Program-made: the position numbers and the translations under genes
Source of the DNA: Chrysomallon squamiferum
Lineage: Eukaryota > Animalia > Mollusca
DNA length: 64,000 bases
Assembly (NCBI GenBank): GCA_012295275.1
Contig: CM022669.1
Coordinates: forward strand, 8,680,001-8,744,000
Direction of reading: 5' to 3'
Part shown: piece by piece, positions 15,080 through 50,248 of the stretch
Layout: the number at the start of each line of letters is the position of its first letter
How positions within the stretch are numbered: the stretch's first letter is position 1
Notes under the pieces: model-generated
Told to the model about the DNA's origin: nothing
What the model saw: only the letters and a program-made list of their open reading frames with translations
Database searches by the model: none

Positions 15080-16132
15080 CACACACTGTATTTACATATA
15101 CTGTCTATATTTACACGTAGTGTCTATATTTACATACACTGTCTATATTTACACATAGTGTCTATATTTACATACATCCTATATTTATACACACTGTCTA
15201 TATTTACACACATTTTTTATATTTACACACACTGTCTATATTTGCACACACTGTCTATATTTATACACACTGTCTATATTTGCACACACTGTCTATATTT
15301 ACACACACTGTCTATATTTATACACACTGTCTATATTTACACTGTCTATATTTATACACACTGTCTATATTTATACACACTGTCTATATTTACACAAATT
15401 TTGTATATTTATACACACTGTCTATATTTATACATTTACACTGTCTATATTTTCACATTGCTCATATTTACGTACACTGTCTATATTTACACACACTGTC
15501 TATATTTATACACACTGTCTATATTTACACTGTCTATATTTATACACACTGTCTATATTTATACACACTGTCTATATTTACACACACTGTCTATTTTATA
15601 CACACTGTCTATATTTTTACACACACTGTCTATATTTATACACACTGTCTATATTTATACACACTGTCTATATTTACACACACTGTCTATATTTATACAC
15701 ACTGTCTATATTTATACACACTGTCTATATTTACACTGTCTATATTTACACACACTGTCTATATTTATACACACTGTCTATATTTATACACACTGTCTAT
15801 ATTTACACACACTGTCTATATTTACACACACTGTCTATATTTACACACACTGTCTATATTTACACACACTGTCTATATTTACACACACTGTCTATATTTA
15901 TACACACTGTCTATATTTACACACTGTCTATATTTATACACACTGTCTATATTTACACACACTGTCTATATTTACACACACTGTCTATATTTACACACAC
16001 TGTCTATATTTACACACACTGTATATATTTACACACACTGTCTATATTTACACAAACTGTCTATATTTACACACACTGTATATAATTACACACACTGTCT
16101 ATAAATACACACACTGTATATAATTACACACT
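15080..16132. repeat. 19-bp minisatellite
   Basis: CACACTGTCTATATTTA(C/T)A units; source of spurious ORFs 15077..16123 and 15280..16104. Confidence 0.95.
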
Positions 16133-16769
16133 TTATTTTGCAAAGTACGTTAGCAGTCTTACATATTATTTCTACCTGAAATACAAAATAAATAATCAGA
16201 TTTTTTTTGTTGTTGTTTTTCAGAAGCCGACAAATGTTTGATGTGAGTGAGTCTAGTCTTTTGTACAGATTTCACAACATGGAATTTCTCTGTTTTCCTC
16301 ATAACAGTGGGCAGAGGGAAACAAGGATACGTTTCTTCTGTGTTTAGTATTCCTGGAGCTTTTGTTACATCACAGCAGCGTTCTTGTATTACTTCGTTCA
16401 ATGAAACACTGTATGCTGGATTTATAATGTGATGACAATCTTATGATTTCTCAGAAAAAAAAAAAAAAAAGATTTTTTTACAATATCTATTAAAATAATA
16501 GGGGAAAAATTAAATGTTAAATATAATTTAAAAAATGCATAAATCAAACAATAGTAAAATCAAGATCTGTTTTTGAATTTTTAAAAATATTTCAAATTTC
16601 TGCGTGCAGAATTGAGATTTTCTTACGTCACCAGAAAATATAACGGACACAATTTCTGTATGAGTACAAACTGTTCGTCCAGACGGAAGCATTCGCAGTT
16701 CATTGATGGAAGGGCGACGTCAGTCACAACGTTTGTGTCGTGAAATGGTGACGTCAGCAGCAATGTACA

Positions 16770-38499
<21,730 letters not shown>

Positions 38500-39956
38500 G
38501 TTCACAGTTTGTCTACACGTTTACAAGTGTTTGTTTACACGTGTTTACACATGTTTACGAGTGTTTGTTTATACGTGTCGGTGTATTTACTGCTGCTACA
38601 AGACTTTTCAATGAGTGAATCAAACACTGGTGTTGAAAAAAACAAAACAAAAAGAAACAAAACCCATCAAAACAGCTGCCATATTAATTTACTTATAAAC
38701 TTGTGTTCCTGGAAGCTGATATTACGCCATTTCCAGCTAACATTGTTTAAAATGAAATTTTGTGTAATATAGTTTTTAATGATGATTCTTCAGAATGGCG
38801 TGTACGTGACAATAAGGAAGTTTGGACAACTAATTCAGTGTTTGTTTCGACAGAATATTTTGTGATTAACTCACTGGATTTTAACTCTCTTCTCGTTGAA
38901 AAACAAAACTGTTTCATTGGCACCTCGTGTTTATATGATATTTGTAATTAGTATGTTTTAAGTATAGTTACCTCACAATTAGGTACTTTTTTGACAATAA
39001 TACCATGAGCGTCAACTTCATTACTTTTAATATACGTCTAAAAGTCAACTTAAACATTTTATGAGACACGGAAAAACACTTATACTTTATCTTTTAGGAG
39101 TTCATAAAAGATGCAAAGTAAGTTCTTTTTTAACCTTTCCAAGTACAACTATTTGTTAAACTAATGCACATTGATTTTTTTTAGCACAGTTCTTAAATAA
39201 ATGTATCTAAAGAGAAGATAATTTTGATTGATTGTATTTTTCTTTTTTTTATAGCTCTACTGTGTAGCTATGGAAACAAAAATAAATAAATAAATGTTAT
39301 AACTAAAATAAATTATGAAAAATAATAATATATACGAAAAAAAAAAATAAAAAAAAAAAAAAAAAGCCTTCGCTTCTTCCGCTGGAAAATACGTAACATT
39401 ATTCATTAATTAAAGAATACAGATGCGATTAAATACCTGTATAGTTCGATCAGGACTCAACCAGGGATAATGATACAAAAGCTCTGTAAATTTTCGAGGC
39501 GCTGTGACAAGTGTGAACGAAACAGAATGGTTCAACCGAAATTTTCAAAAACCTGTTTACACGTTTCCATTTTTGACAAGTTGTAGCAGCATGAAATAAT
39601 TGAATTCTTTGAGGCTCTAAGCACTAGATTTGTTTTAGCGAATACTTAAAACCCGTTCTTTAGGTCGACAAAATACGTATTGAAAATTAGATTATTTACA
39701 GGTAAGATTATACAGTTACACTGCATTACCTCTCTCTGATCAAACCCTGCATTCGCAGATATGAAGAAGAATTTTTTAAAATAATTAATTAAGCTCGCGA
39801 ACTGAATCGGTACGCAAGCAAAGTATGTTTCAGTGTTGTTTATATTACATTTAAAACATTTACATTTAGAATGAACATTACTTTTTAATTACTGCTGCTC
39901 ATTTTGTTGTTTTTATCATTATTACCAATGTTTCAGTCATTTTCACATTTATTATT

Positions 39957-39996
<40 letters not shown>

Positions 39997-41562
39997 TAAG
40001 ACCAAATAAACAACACAGGTAGATTACACATTTCTTTAAGTGAATATTTGTACTCGTCGTGGTGGGAATATGTTACTCCTGCCTTTCTTAATTCTGATGA
40101 ATAAACAAATAAGTAAATAATATCGATGATGATGATGATGATGATGATGACAATGAAAACGTCAGTGATCATGATGGTGATGAATATAAATGATAAAAGC
40201 TATTTAACTGTAAATCACAAGTGGTGTGACAAGAAGAAAATAAATATTGTATAATTTTATTATTTAATATGACTGATATTTGTACACACTCGTGTGTCGT
40301 GTTATTTGTGTTAAATGACGTCTTTCAGTCGACATTGAAAACGCGGAGAACTCAAGAACAGCTCCGCTAATTTGAAGACGGAAAACCACGAAATAAGCGT
40401 TCACTTTCTGTAAACAGCTTGGTTTACTGATCAACTGATCGAACGATCAGTCAGAGTTTGAATGAAATGATAGTAATATTACGTTTTATCATTCTTTACA
40501 ATGTAGTATTCACGCGTAGACAAGATGCGTACTGTGAGTGTATGTGAGTGTGTACGTATGTGTGTATATTTGTATGTTTTATGTAATTTCAGTCTACTGT
40601 CTGCCACAATCTGTAGACTTTTTTATTTTTTTTATTTTTTTTTTTTTTATTTTTTTTTTTTTTTTTTGACGTTATGTTAATATATTTCCATGTATTCCAA
40701 TGAAGCACATGTTATATATTATTTATTTTATTTTATTTATGTCTATGCAAAAAAAAAAAATTGTATTTGCACTGTTTTATTTATATACTCTTCAAGTATA
40801 TCTTTTAAATAATCAGCTGAATGTATAAAATTTAATTTTATATTTAACTTGTTTATGCACATGCACATAGAGGTGCATCCTTAAAACACACAAAGAGACA
40901 CACACACATACCTTTATATACATACATATATAATACACACATACATATATACACACACACAAACATTAATAATAAATACACACATAAATATTAATAATAA
41001 ATACACACATACAGACATACACAGAGACACAAAGTAAAATGAATACACACACACACACACACAAGAAACTAGAATATATCCATATAATTATATCTGATAA
41101 AAAAAAAAAAAAAACACTGTTTGATCATTGTATATACCAAACTTTATTACACCTTAATAAACGTTTAAACAATTTGTTTGTTTTCTTTTAATTTTTCTTT
41201 CAAATATGTATGTAAAGGTGTAAATGGATAGGTGTGTGTGTGTGTGTGTTTGTGTTTAGATGTTGTAGATGTGTAAGTTGTATTAGTTTTACAACTCAGC
41301 TGTTTTTGTGTCTGTGTTGAAAAATTATTTTATGTTTATAATGTTGTAAAAATATCTAAGTTCATATTAGTTTTACAACTAAGCTGTTTTACACGTCTGT
41401 AGTTGAAAAATTATTTGCACATAATTATAACACATATGAAACACATGATACACACATACATATACACAAACACATAAACATATACACAATAACACATACA
41501 TATCACACGTACAGACACATTCAAACACACATACGTACATACATACATAAACACACACATGA

Positions 41563-41596
<34 letters not shown>

Positions 41597-42274
41597 ACAT
41601 ATACACATATACACACACATACATATGTGCAATACACAAACATACGTACATACATGCAAAGCAATATACTCACACACATAGATACACAAACATATACATA
41701 CACACAAATACATAGACACACATTACACACAAATGCATGCATATACAATACACACACACACAAAATATATATATATATATATACATATACAATACACACA
41801 TACACAGACATAAACCCTGTAATTATTTTTCGTTTTCTGTGTCTCCGTCTCATTACTCAAAACATTTAACTGAAACCCGACATGAACGGAAGAATCAGTG
41901 CAAAACGAAAAAATATTCAGAACAAAAAATAATAAATATAAAAGCAAAGCAAAAAAAAAAAAAAAAACAGTTCCTAGATTTGAAACGTGCCATGGGAGAT
42001 AACCTTGAGTCTTACAATGGTAAGTTTGACACATGCGCTACTTATAGAAAAAGACAAATCTGAGAGACAAATGAAAATAATTATTTTTATTTTTCTGATC
42101 CTGCATAAAATTTTCGTTCTAAAATCCATGTTGTTTGAAAACGTGGTCTGTTGTACAATAATCCTTCCTAAATCTTGCGTGAAAATAGAACTTTACTCTG
42201 TTATTTAACACAGTAGTATATAGCTTTCCAAGACACGAAATGTAGCAGGTCTATAATTTTCAGACACACACATG

Positions 42275-42319
<45 letters not shown>

Positions 42320-42336
42320 ATATAACCATATATATA

Positions 42337-42382
42337 TACGGTTTCTTCTTATGCATATATATATGCTTAAGAAGAAACCGTA
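42337..42382. repeat. 46-bp near-perfect palindrome (possible minimal TA-flanked Tc1/mariner-type MITE relic)
   Basis: TACGGTTTCTTCTTATGCATATA|TATATGCTTAAGAAGAAACCGTA: 23-bp arms with a single mismatched pair, beginning and ending in TA. Confidence 0.75.
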
Positions 42383-42794
42383 GGGTTTATCATTATGATA
42401 CAATGCAAAATGTCAGTTTAGAGATTCAGGGTGGGGGTATTTCAGAGAGATTTCTTTTTACTTTTATTTTGTTTGTTTTATTTTGTTGTTTTTATTACTT
42501 TATGATTTTGTGTTTGTTCGATGAAACACAAATGTACACAATAATATTTACATAAATGTGTTCTATGCGTCTGTATCTGTGAGAGAGTGCCAGCTAATTT
42601 CAACAAATAAAGGTAAAATGTATTAAACATCAACAAAATTAATAATTTATTAATAACAACAGTAACAATAAAAAAGAAGGATATAAAACAAGGTAAATAT
42701 ACTGTGTTTCAAACAACAAAGCTGATACGTACGGAAAGTTTATTATGACTATAAATTCATGTAATGATCGAAGTCTTAATTGTGGATGAGACCT

Positions 42795-42960
42795 CATGAA
42801 GCCGGAAGTGTTTTCCGTCGAAGCAGAAGATATTTTCTCACTGAAGTAGCGATTCAGTCTTTACGTTTACTGTTTACAGTTTTCATTTTCCTTTTTATAA
42901 AATCAAAACCTGATGGCATAGATTAGAACGTGAAAAACGTCATATGACATAAATGTAAGT
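42795..42960 (+). promoter_or_regulatory. Probable PAM promoter and non-coding first exon
   Basis: ETS/GABP-type GCCGGAAGTG at 42801-42810 in a CpG-containing patch, and a strong donor AAT|GTAAGT at 42954/42955. The ATG-bearing exon has its own acceptor (TTTTACAG) at 47795. CpG content drops immediately downstream. Confidence 0.55.
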
Positions 42961-45900
42961 ATATTTTCAGTTGTTGAGTTTGACATATGTTAGAGTACGG
43001 AATGATACTTCGTTTTCGAATGCCGCCTATTTTCGAACGAACGCTCGAATCCCTGATATCTGTCATTTCAACGATTTTATGCGATCACTGAAGATAATTA
43101 TGATGTAAATGTTGTCGATTAATTTAATTTATATTCATTTTCAGTAATTTCTTACCACACTATTAATATAAAACATTTTTTTTTTTAGAAATGTATGTAA
43201 ACATAAATAAACATGATTAAGGTTAATTATTGTTATATTATTTAAATATTACTGTTTTATTATTAACAGTTAATTCTACTTCATATTTCCATAAAAATAA
43301 TTTATAAAAATATATAATTAGTATTTAAAATTAATATTAATGAAAAAGGAAATCCACTGTCCCATCATGATTATTTATAATACAGAAAAGCAGATATAAT
43401 GATATATATAATATTACATGAGTTATAATCAGAAACAAAAATGTAAATTATATTAAATGCAGAATAATAAATATATGATCTACTTTTAATTTTTGTGATA
43501 AATTCTTATCCTACATACAGCAGTTGCATTATTAATGTTGTGTATGTATGTATGTATGTGTATATATTATATATAATATTTATTTATTTATTTATAAGTA
43601 ATATTAATAATTTTATAAAACTATATATCATCCAGTAATATTTGTAACAATTAGAAAATAATTTGCAAATGTCATATATATAAATATATATGTAATATTT
43701 TTTACAATAAATATGTATATATTTTTCACTGATAATCCACCCATCTGTGTGTATGTGTGTGTGGATAGATAGAATTATAGATGATTTTAACACTGACCTT
43801 TCAATACTTCATAATTACTAGTATTATTATTATATTACTCAAATTATTCTAAAGGGTTAAAACCACATCTTTTTTCCTCCGGCCTTGACAGATGTTTGAT
43901 GTAAAATTCTACCAAGTTGTGTAATCATTTCACTTAACAAGTACTACATAGCTGGTGAAAATAAAAACACATCTGGTAATGAATTATGATATATATATGT
44001 ATATACACACACACATATATTTATCACCACATGTTTTGTAGATTATACAGTTTTATATCTTTGTAAAATATCACTTGAAATATCAGAGTAAAAACAAAGC
44101 ATTAGTAATAAATAAAGAAAACATTTTTAATGAATAATAAATCACATTTTGATGCAGTAAAAATAAACCTCGACTAAGAATTATTTTATGTTTGTATGCA
44201 GAAGAATGAAGATTAATAGTAGATTTATTTGGTAATTATAAAGTATTAAATTTTTTATAACTTCCTCTACTTACACGGTACTTGGTCAGTTATGTACATA
44301 AACTTTTCCTGGTTATCTTTAAATACATGTTTTTCTGTATCTATAACTGTGTATCTGTTTATTATGTTTGATCCTATAATTATTTAAAAGATACTGAATT
44401 ATAAATAAATAATAACAAATATAACTGGGGGTTCTTAAATTCCTTGATTTTATAAATTTCTTTTCTTTTTCATTTTTCTTAAATTTTATTTGTTGTAATG
44501 TTTTTGTGGGTTTTTTAACTTTAATATGTGTCTTTCCTGATTTTTAGAAACATTTTCAGTGCAGTTATATCAGGTGAATTTTTTTTTGTTTTCTTTATGA
44601 CATTTGTCATTAAAAATAAGAAAATGAAATAATAATATATGAATAAATATAGTTCAGTATCTTCGGAATGTTTCATGTCTTTGGGTGTGTCTACTTTAAG
44701 TAAACTTTTGAATTATTGCATTTTATCTTACAGTGAGTCTTGCTGATGTTTCCATTGAGAACTGATAATTGAGTTAAACAGGCTTTTGTCACTTTGACAT
44801 TTTAACCATAAATTTTATTACTTCTGTCCACAATTTCTGACCCTATTTCTTTTCCATTGCATATTATTATGTATTATTCATTATTACATAACATGGTGAT
44901 TTATATGTGGAATCATGCACTGCTGTAAATCATATTACATTTGTGGATGCAGTTTACACAGTAAATATGAAAGGCACTGGAAAATGTTCTGAAGAAAATT
45001 ACGTTTGTATTTTTCTTTATAATAATGAAGACATTTGTATGAACACTTCTGCATAATTTAACTAGTGCTAACCTTTGTTTTACACAGAGAGGTTATTATT
45101 TACATATTTGAAGTGAAAAACTCCGAGAAAATTAATGAAATTAATTTAATAATTTGTCACATTATTTTCTTCTTTATGTAGAATCTTTTTTATTTATTTC
45201 TGTGTATGTTTTATTCATCTACTTTTATTTGCATAACAATAATAATGAGAAGTAATAAAAGAATAAATAAAAAAGTACCTCATATAAGTGTAATGTAAAG
45301 AATGAAAAAGAACTTATCTGTTTTCATCAAATTAAGAACATGAAGTACTTTTATTGATAAGTGTTTAAATAACACCTGTATTTGTTGTGAAGTGTTTGAA
45401 ATGTTACGTATTTCTTAACTGCGGTGTAGTTGAAGTCACGTACACACTCAGCTGTTAGTAGGTCATTATAATCCCTGTTTGATAAGCCTTGTGGATATTT
45501 CAAACAAGCATTTGGCTCTTAGGCTCCTAGTTTGGTAGCTTCTCTACATATGTAAGTTCTTATTTTAAAATGTATATCACATAATACATGCATGACTTAA
45601 CAATTAGAAACTAGTACATACAGCTTCTTTACATATGTTTAAAATGTTAACATTTCATAGCCAGTTGAATCTAAAATAGAATAAATGATATTTAGACAGA
45701 TTAATTTTTATTATTTAAACATCAGTTAGTTCTACTTTATATTTTCATAATAAAAAAAATTTAAACTTTTATTTAGTGTTTAAAGTTAATATTAGTGTCA
45801 CCAGCCTTGGTAACTGATAACAGAGAAAGTACATAGAACTGACTTTTACGGTAAACAGCTGTGGAGATGGACTCATCAGAACTGATCCTGCAGTCTGTTG

Positions 45901-47177
45901 TTTATCAGTGCTGTAACATCAAGCCACAGCTAGCTCCTGTCTGAATGATAGTTATATAAATTACTCACTGCATCTCTGGTTTAATAACTATAAACATTTG
46001 AATTTTCTACATAAAGAAGAAAAATATATATATATATTTTTTATATATCTGACAAACGTAATGTCATATATATTTAGATTTATTTATAACAGTGGTAAAA
46101 CATGTTTACAGAACACAAACCAGCTAAATATGGATTCCCTCAACTGTAAACTATATTTTACTGTGCTTTTTATGTATGTATGTGTGTGTGTGGTTTGTAT
46201 GAAATATGAACTCCCTCAGTGTAAACTATATTTTACAGTTTTTTTATTTGTTTTATTTAATAAATAATATTAAATAAATTTAGAAAAAATAATAATAATG
46301 CTTTTTTTTTTTTTTTTTTAAATTATAGTTCATATGAAATATGAATTCACACAAATGTAAACTATATTTTACTGCATTTTGTATTCATTGTATTTAAACA
46401 AATAATAATAAAATAAATATTAATATTATCTTCTCTTTTTTTAAATATGAAATATATAAACTATTCTTTACAGTGCTTTTAATTTGTTGTATTTAAAAGA
46501 AATAATAATTCATGACAAATTCAAATCCACTTCAGTGACCTTTTTTCCTTCTTTTCTTTTTTTTAACCTCATTTAGTGATTTACCTGCACGTGTGACAAC
46601 AGGTTTCCTTCATAATCTTTCTTATTAAATAAAAGTTATTACTGAAATTTAACTGTCGACATTAATGTGTCGAGATTACAAATGCTGATTTGTTCTTAAT
46701 GAGCACAGTATGTGACTGTAGAGAGTCAGTTGAACATCTGTTACTTTATTATTAACTATTGATTATGCTATCTCAATCAAATCAACAGTGATCAGATTTA
46801 CCGCTGGTACATCAGATGAAAAGTAATTACTTATGTAACCATTTACATGAATATTATGTCGTGTTCAAGTGTCAAGTACACACAGACCAGTACATGTACT
46901 GTGATTTTTGTCCATTTTCATAAATAACTAGGCTGAAACAGTTTACCACTTTTCAGTATTAATTAATTAATTGATGGTCCCAAGTAAATCTGAAATTGGT
47001 TCTTGTCCCCGTGCCCAGTGGCTGGTTATGTGCTTCCTGTTCTTTATTTGCACCTTTAGGGTGATGTGTCCACTTTAAAGGACTGACATATATTTAGTGA
47101 GCTATTAAAGTAATGTTTGTTTTAATTATATTTCAAAACATATAGCTTGTTCTTGATATCTGTGTTTTTTCCTTTAT

Positions 47178-47226
<49 letters not shown>

Positions 47227-47893
47227 AGTCTGTACATTAAATAACAGTAATTAAAAACTTAGTAATATACACAGCATGTAAAGCAGTTTTCTTATTTGCT
47301 ATACACATCAAAACAATACACAGAACACTTAAGGAGTCAGCGTAATGTAAATGTTGTATATTAACACAACATATGGTGCTTTTTCTCCCTCTGAACTGCT
47401 AATGAAACTGGACAAATGTGCCAATATTAAAAATATTAAAAGTAAATATTCTGTAGTCAGTACCAGTATATGTATGATTATAAATTTGTATAAATAAAAT
47501 GTGATTGTGGTGTCAATGCCAATGCCGTGTTTATGTAAGGTTTTAACCAGAAAATTAAAAAATAAAGATTGTTTCTGAAATCAATAACCCACAAACTGCA
47601 GTGCATATAATAAAATATGTGGAATCTAGATTTCTTTTGTTAGAGAAAACTTATTTTTGCATCCAATACAGTTACATTCAGCTTTTGAATACTTTTTATT
47701 CTGAATCACTATCAACAGCAGAAGTTATTAAACTGAAATTTAGTTTGTCATTGGGCTGCTATCTCATACATGATTATCTTGTTGTACTTTTACAGAGTCA
47801 AAACTGAACTCCAGCTGCTTGAGTAGGAAGTGAGTAGATTAAAATTTCTTTAACTGAGTTAGTGATTGAGCACCACGTCAGGCACTTTTCAGC

Positions 47894-49860
47894 ATGGACC
47901 GTATCTGGGTGCTCTCATTAATTCTCGCATTGTATCCCTCATCACTCACGTGTCAAACCACCCCAGAGAACCTGTCAAAAGATGTCACAACTATGGAAAT
48001 TAAAATGAAGGATGCTCTACCCTCCAAGGTAAGTAATCACACAACAGCACTGGTTGTTGTAATTACATCAGCTCTGTGTTTTCTTATGTGTGTCCATCAT
48101 CAAAACTGTATTATCCTCACTCATCCTTGACCAAAACAGATATACTGAGAAAAACATGAAATTAATGTGTGAGAGAAACTAATGCGAATAATGCGTACAA
48201 GTATTTGACACATTAATTTACCGCGCACTTATAAAAAAATAAAATAAAAACATGAATCAGTAAACTAGTTGTCTTGTGGTCAGCACATTAATTAAGACAC
48301 TCATTTCTGACAGAGTTGTGGTGGCACATTATTTTATACAAGCATAGATTTTATGTTGTACAGTATGTATTACAACAAATACACATACATACATATTCTT
48401 TAAGTGTGTGTTGTTGTTGCTGTTTTGTTTTTTTGTTTAGTACTTTGTTTCTCTAAATCAGTAAATAAACAAATTATTTAGGATTTATAGAGTATTAACT
48501 TAGTTATTAATTTCCTTCATGTTTCTGAGTAGACACAGTTATCTACATATATCCTGCAGGTTTTGAGCTGCCCGTACCTGTTAATGATACATTTTACAAC
48601 AATCACAATAAAGAATTACTACACACTGAATAATGAAGAAAGAAGGAAATCTTGTGTTGAAAACCAGATAATAAATTAGGTGACATCTTGTTTTTTATCA
48701 AGACTGTCACTCCCTGTTTACTAGTAATGGTATATCAGATGTTCTTGATAGAAAATTACTTCAGTGTGTTCTCACAAACACTAACTAATTCATACAGCTA
48801 ATTAATGAAGTATAACAAACATTATTTGACAACATTACCACTTTTAGCAGAAATGTTTCTTACATCATGAAACACCTTGAAGAACAGCACATCACGTTTA
48901 TAACATATGTTTGTGTTTTCCACCTGTCAGGTGTACAAGACAGATAACGATTTAAAAAAACCTTGATGGTTCTACCTGTCTCTCCACGTGTCCTTTTATT
49001 GACTCTGAAAATCTAATACAAATAACTTCTTCTCTTACAAGTTGCTGAAACATCAGTCTTTGTTATAAACATCTATGCACAGTAAAAAAGATTGTTATCG
49101 TTGTTCTTGTTTTTATTTAATATTCTTCATCAGTTGTCCTACTTTTACCTTAATAAAATTTGTAATTTATTTTTGTTCTTATATTAACATTTTCCCATGA
49201 GATAGTCAAGATAAAATATGTTGTGTGGGAGTCTCAGGGGTACATGTTTGTGATTTGGTATTTGTACAAGTATGTTTATCTCGCAAAGTACACAAATTTT
49301 TTTTTTTATAATATGTAAACATAAAGGAATAAAAGAAATTTGTTTATAATTTGAATTTGCTTTTAGTAAACATGTTAATATACTATGTTTATCTGATGTG
49401 TTTTTGTTTAGAATGATGACTACTTGTGTTCAGCTTATACTACTCCTACAGAAGAACATTACATAGGTATGTATATTAGCATTACATAGGTGTGTCTATT
49501 AACATTACATAGCTATGTCTATTAACATTATATAGGTATGTCTATTAGCATTACATAGGTGTCTATTAACATTACATAGCTATGTCTATTAACATTACAC
49601 AGTTAATTAAAACTAAGTGCATCAGTTTATGTACAGAAAAATAATAAGTTTATTTTAACATTACATTAAAAAAAAGATATATGTTTATTACATTGTACAG
49701 GTAAGTGTCACATATTTCTTTAACTTCTCTGGAATGTTGTCATGTGAAGAGTGAAACTAGGTTAACAGAGCAGATTGCTATACACATCTTAGGAATCTCA
49801 GTAACTACTCAGTTATTTTTACTTTTAACTTTTTTTTTTTGTTGTTCCCTTCTTCATTCT

Positions 49861-49903
<43 letters not shown>

Positions 49904-50216
49904 TTTTTTTCTCCTCAGTATCACTAAACATATATAGAGTTTGGATTAGATTGCCTGATTTCATCTTTCACTTATTTAAAATAAATTAATGCTTTCATTT
50001 TCTTAATATTTAAAAGGCAAAAATATAACAGTCAATTAAAGTGAAAATTGTCAAACATTTTTTAACTATTTATTTTTTAAAATTTTTTTATTTAATATTG
50101 TTGTTTCTGTTTCAAACAAAATCTCGTAAAGAGCAACAAATCAGTCTGATTTTATTAAATAATAAAACATGAATAATTTTCATTTCAAAAAACAAATTGT
50201 CATAGTTCATTTATTT

Positions 50217-50248
<32 letters not shown>

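Noticed and set aside
15077-16123. Long ORFs of 348 and 274 aa
   Set aside because: Translations of a stop-poor 19-bp minisatellite, open in several frames, with no splice or codon evidence
16620-16760. CRE-like TGACGTCA cluster before the calpain ATG
   Set aside because: The same 8-mer occurs repeatedly across 1-40 kb (e.g. ~3849, 4021, 21833, 23547), so local significance cannot be supported by eye
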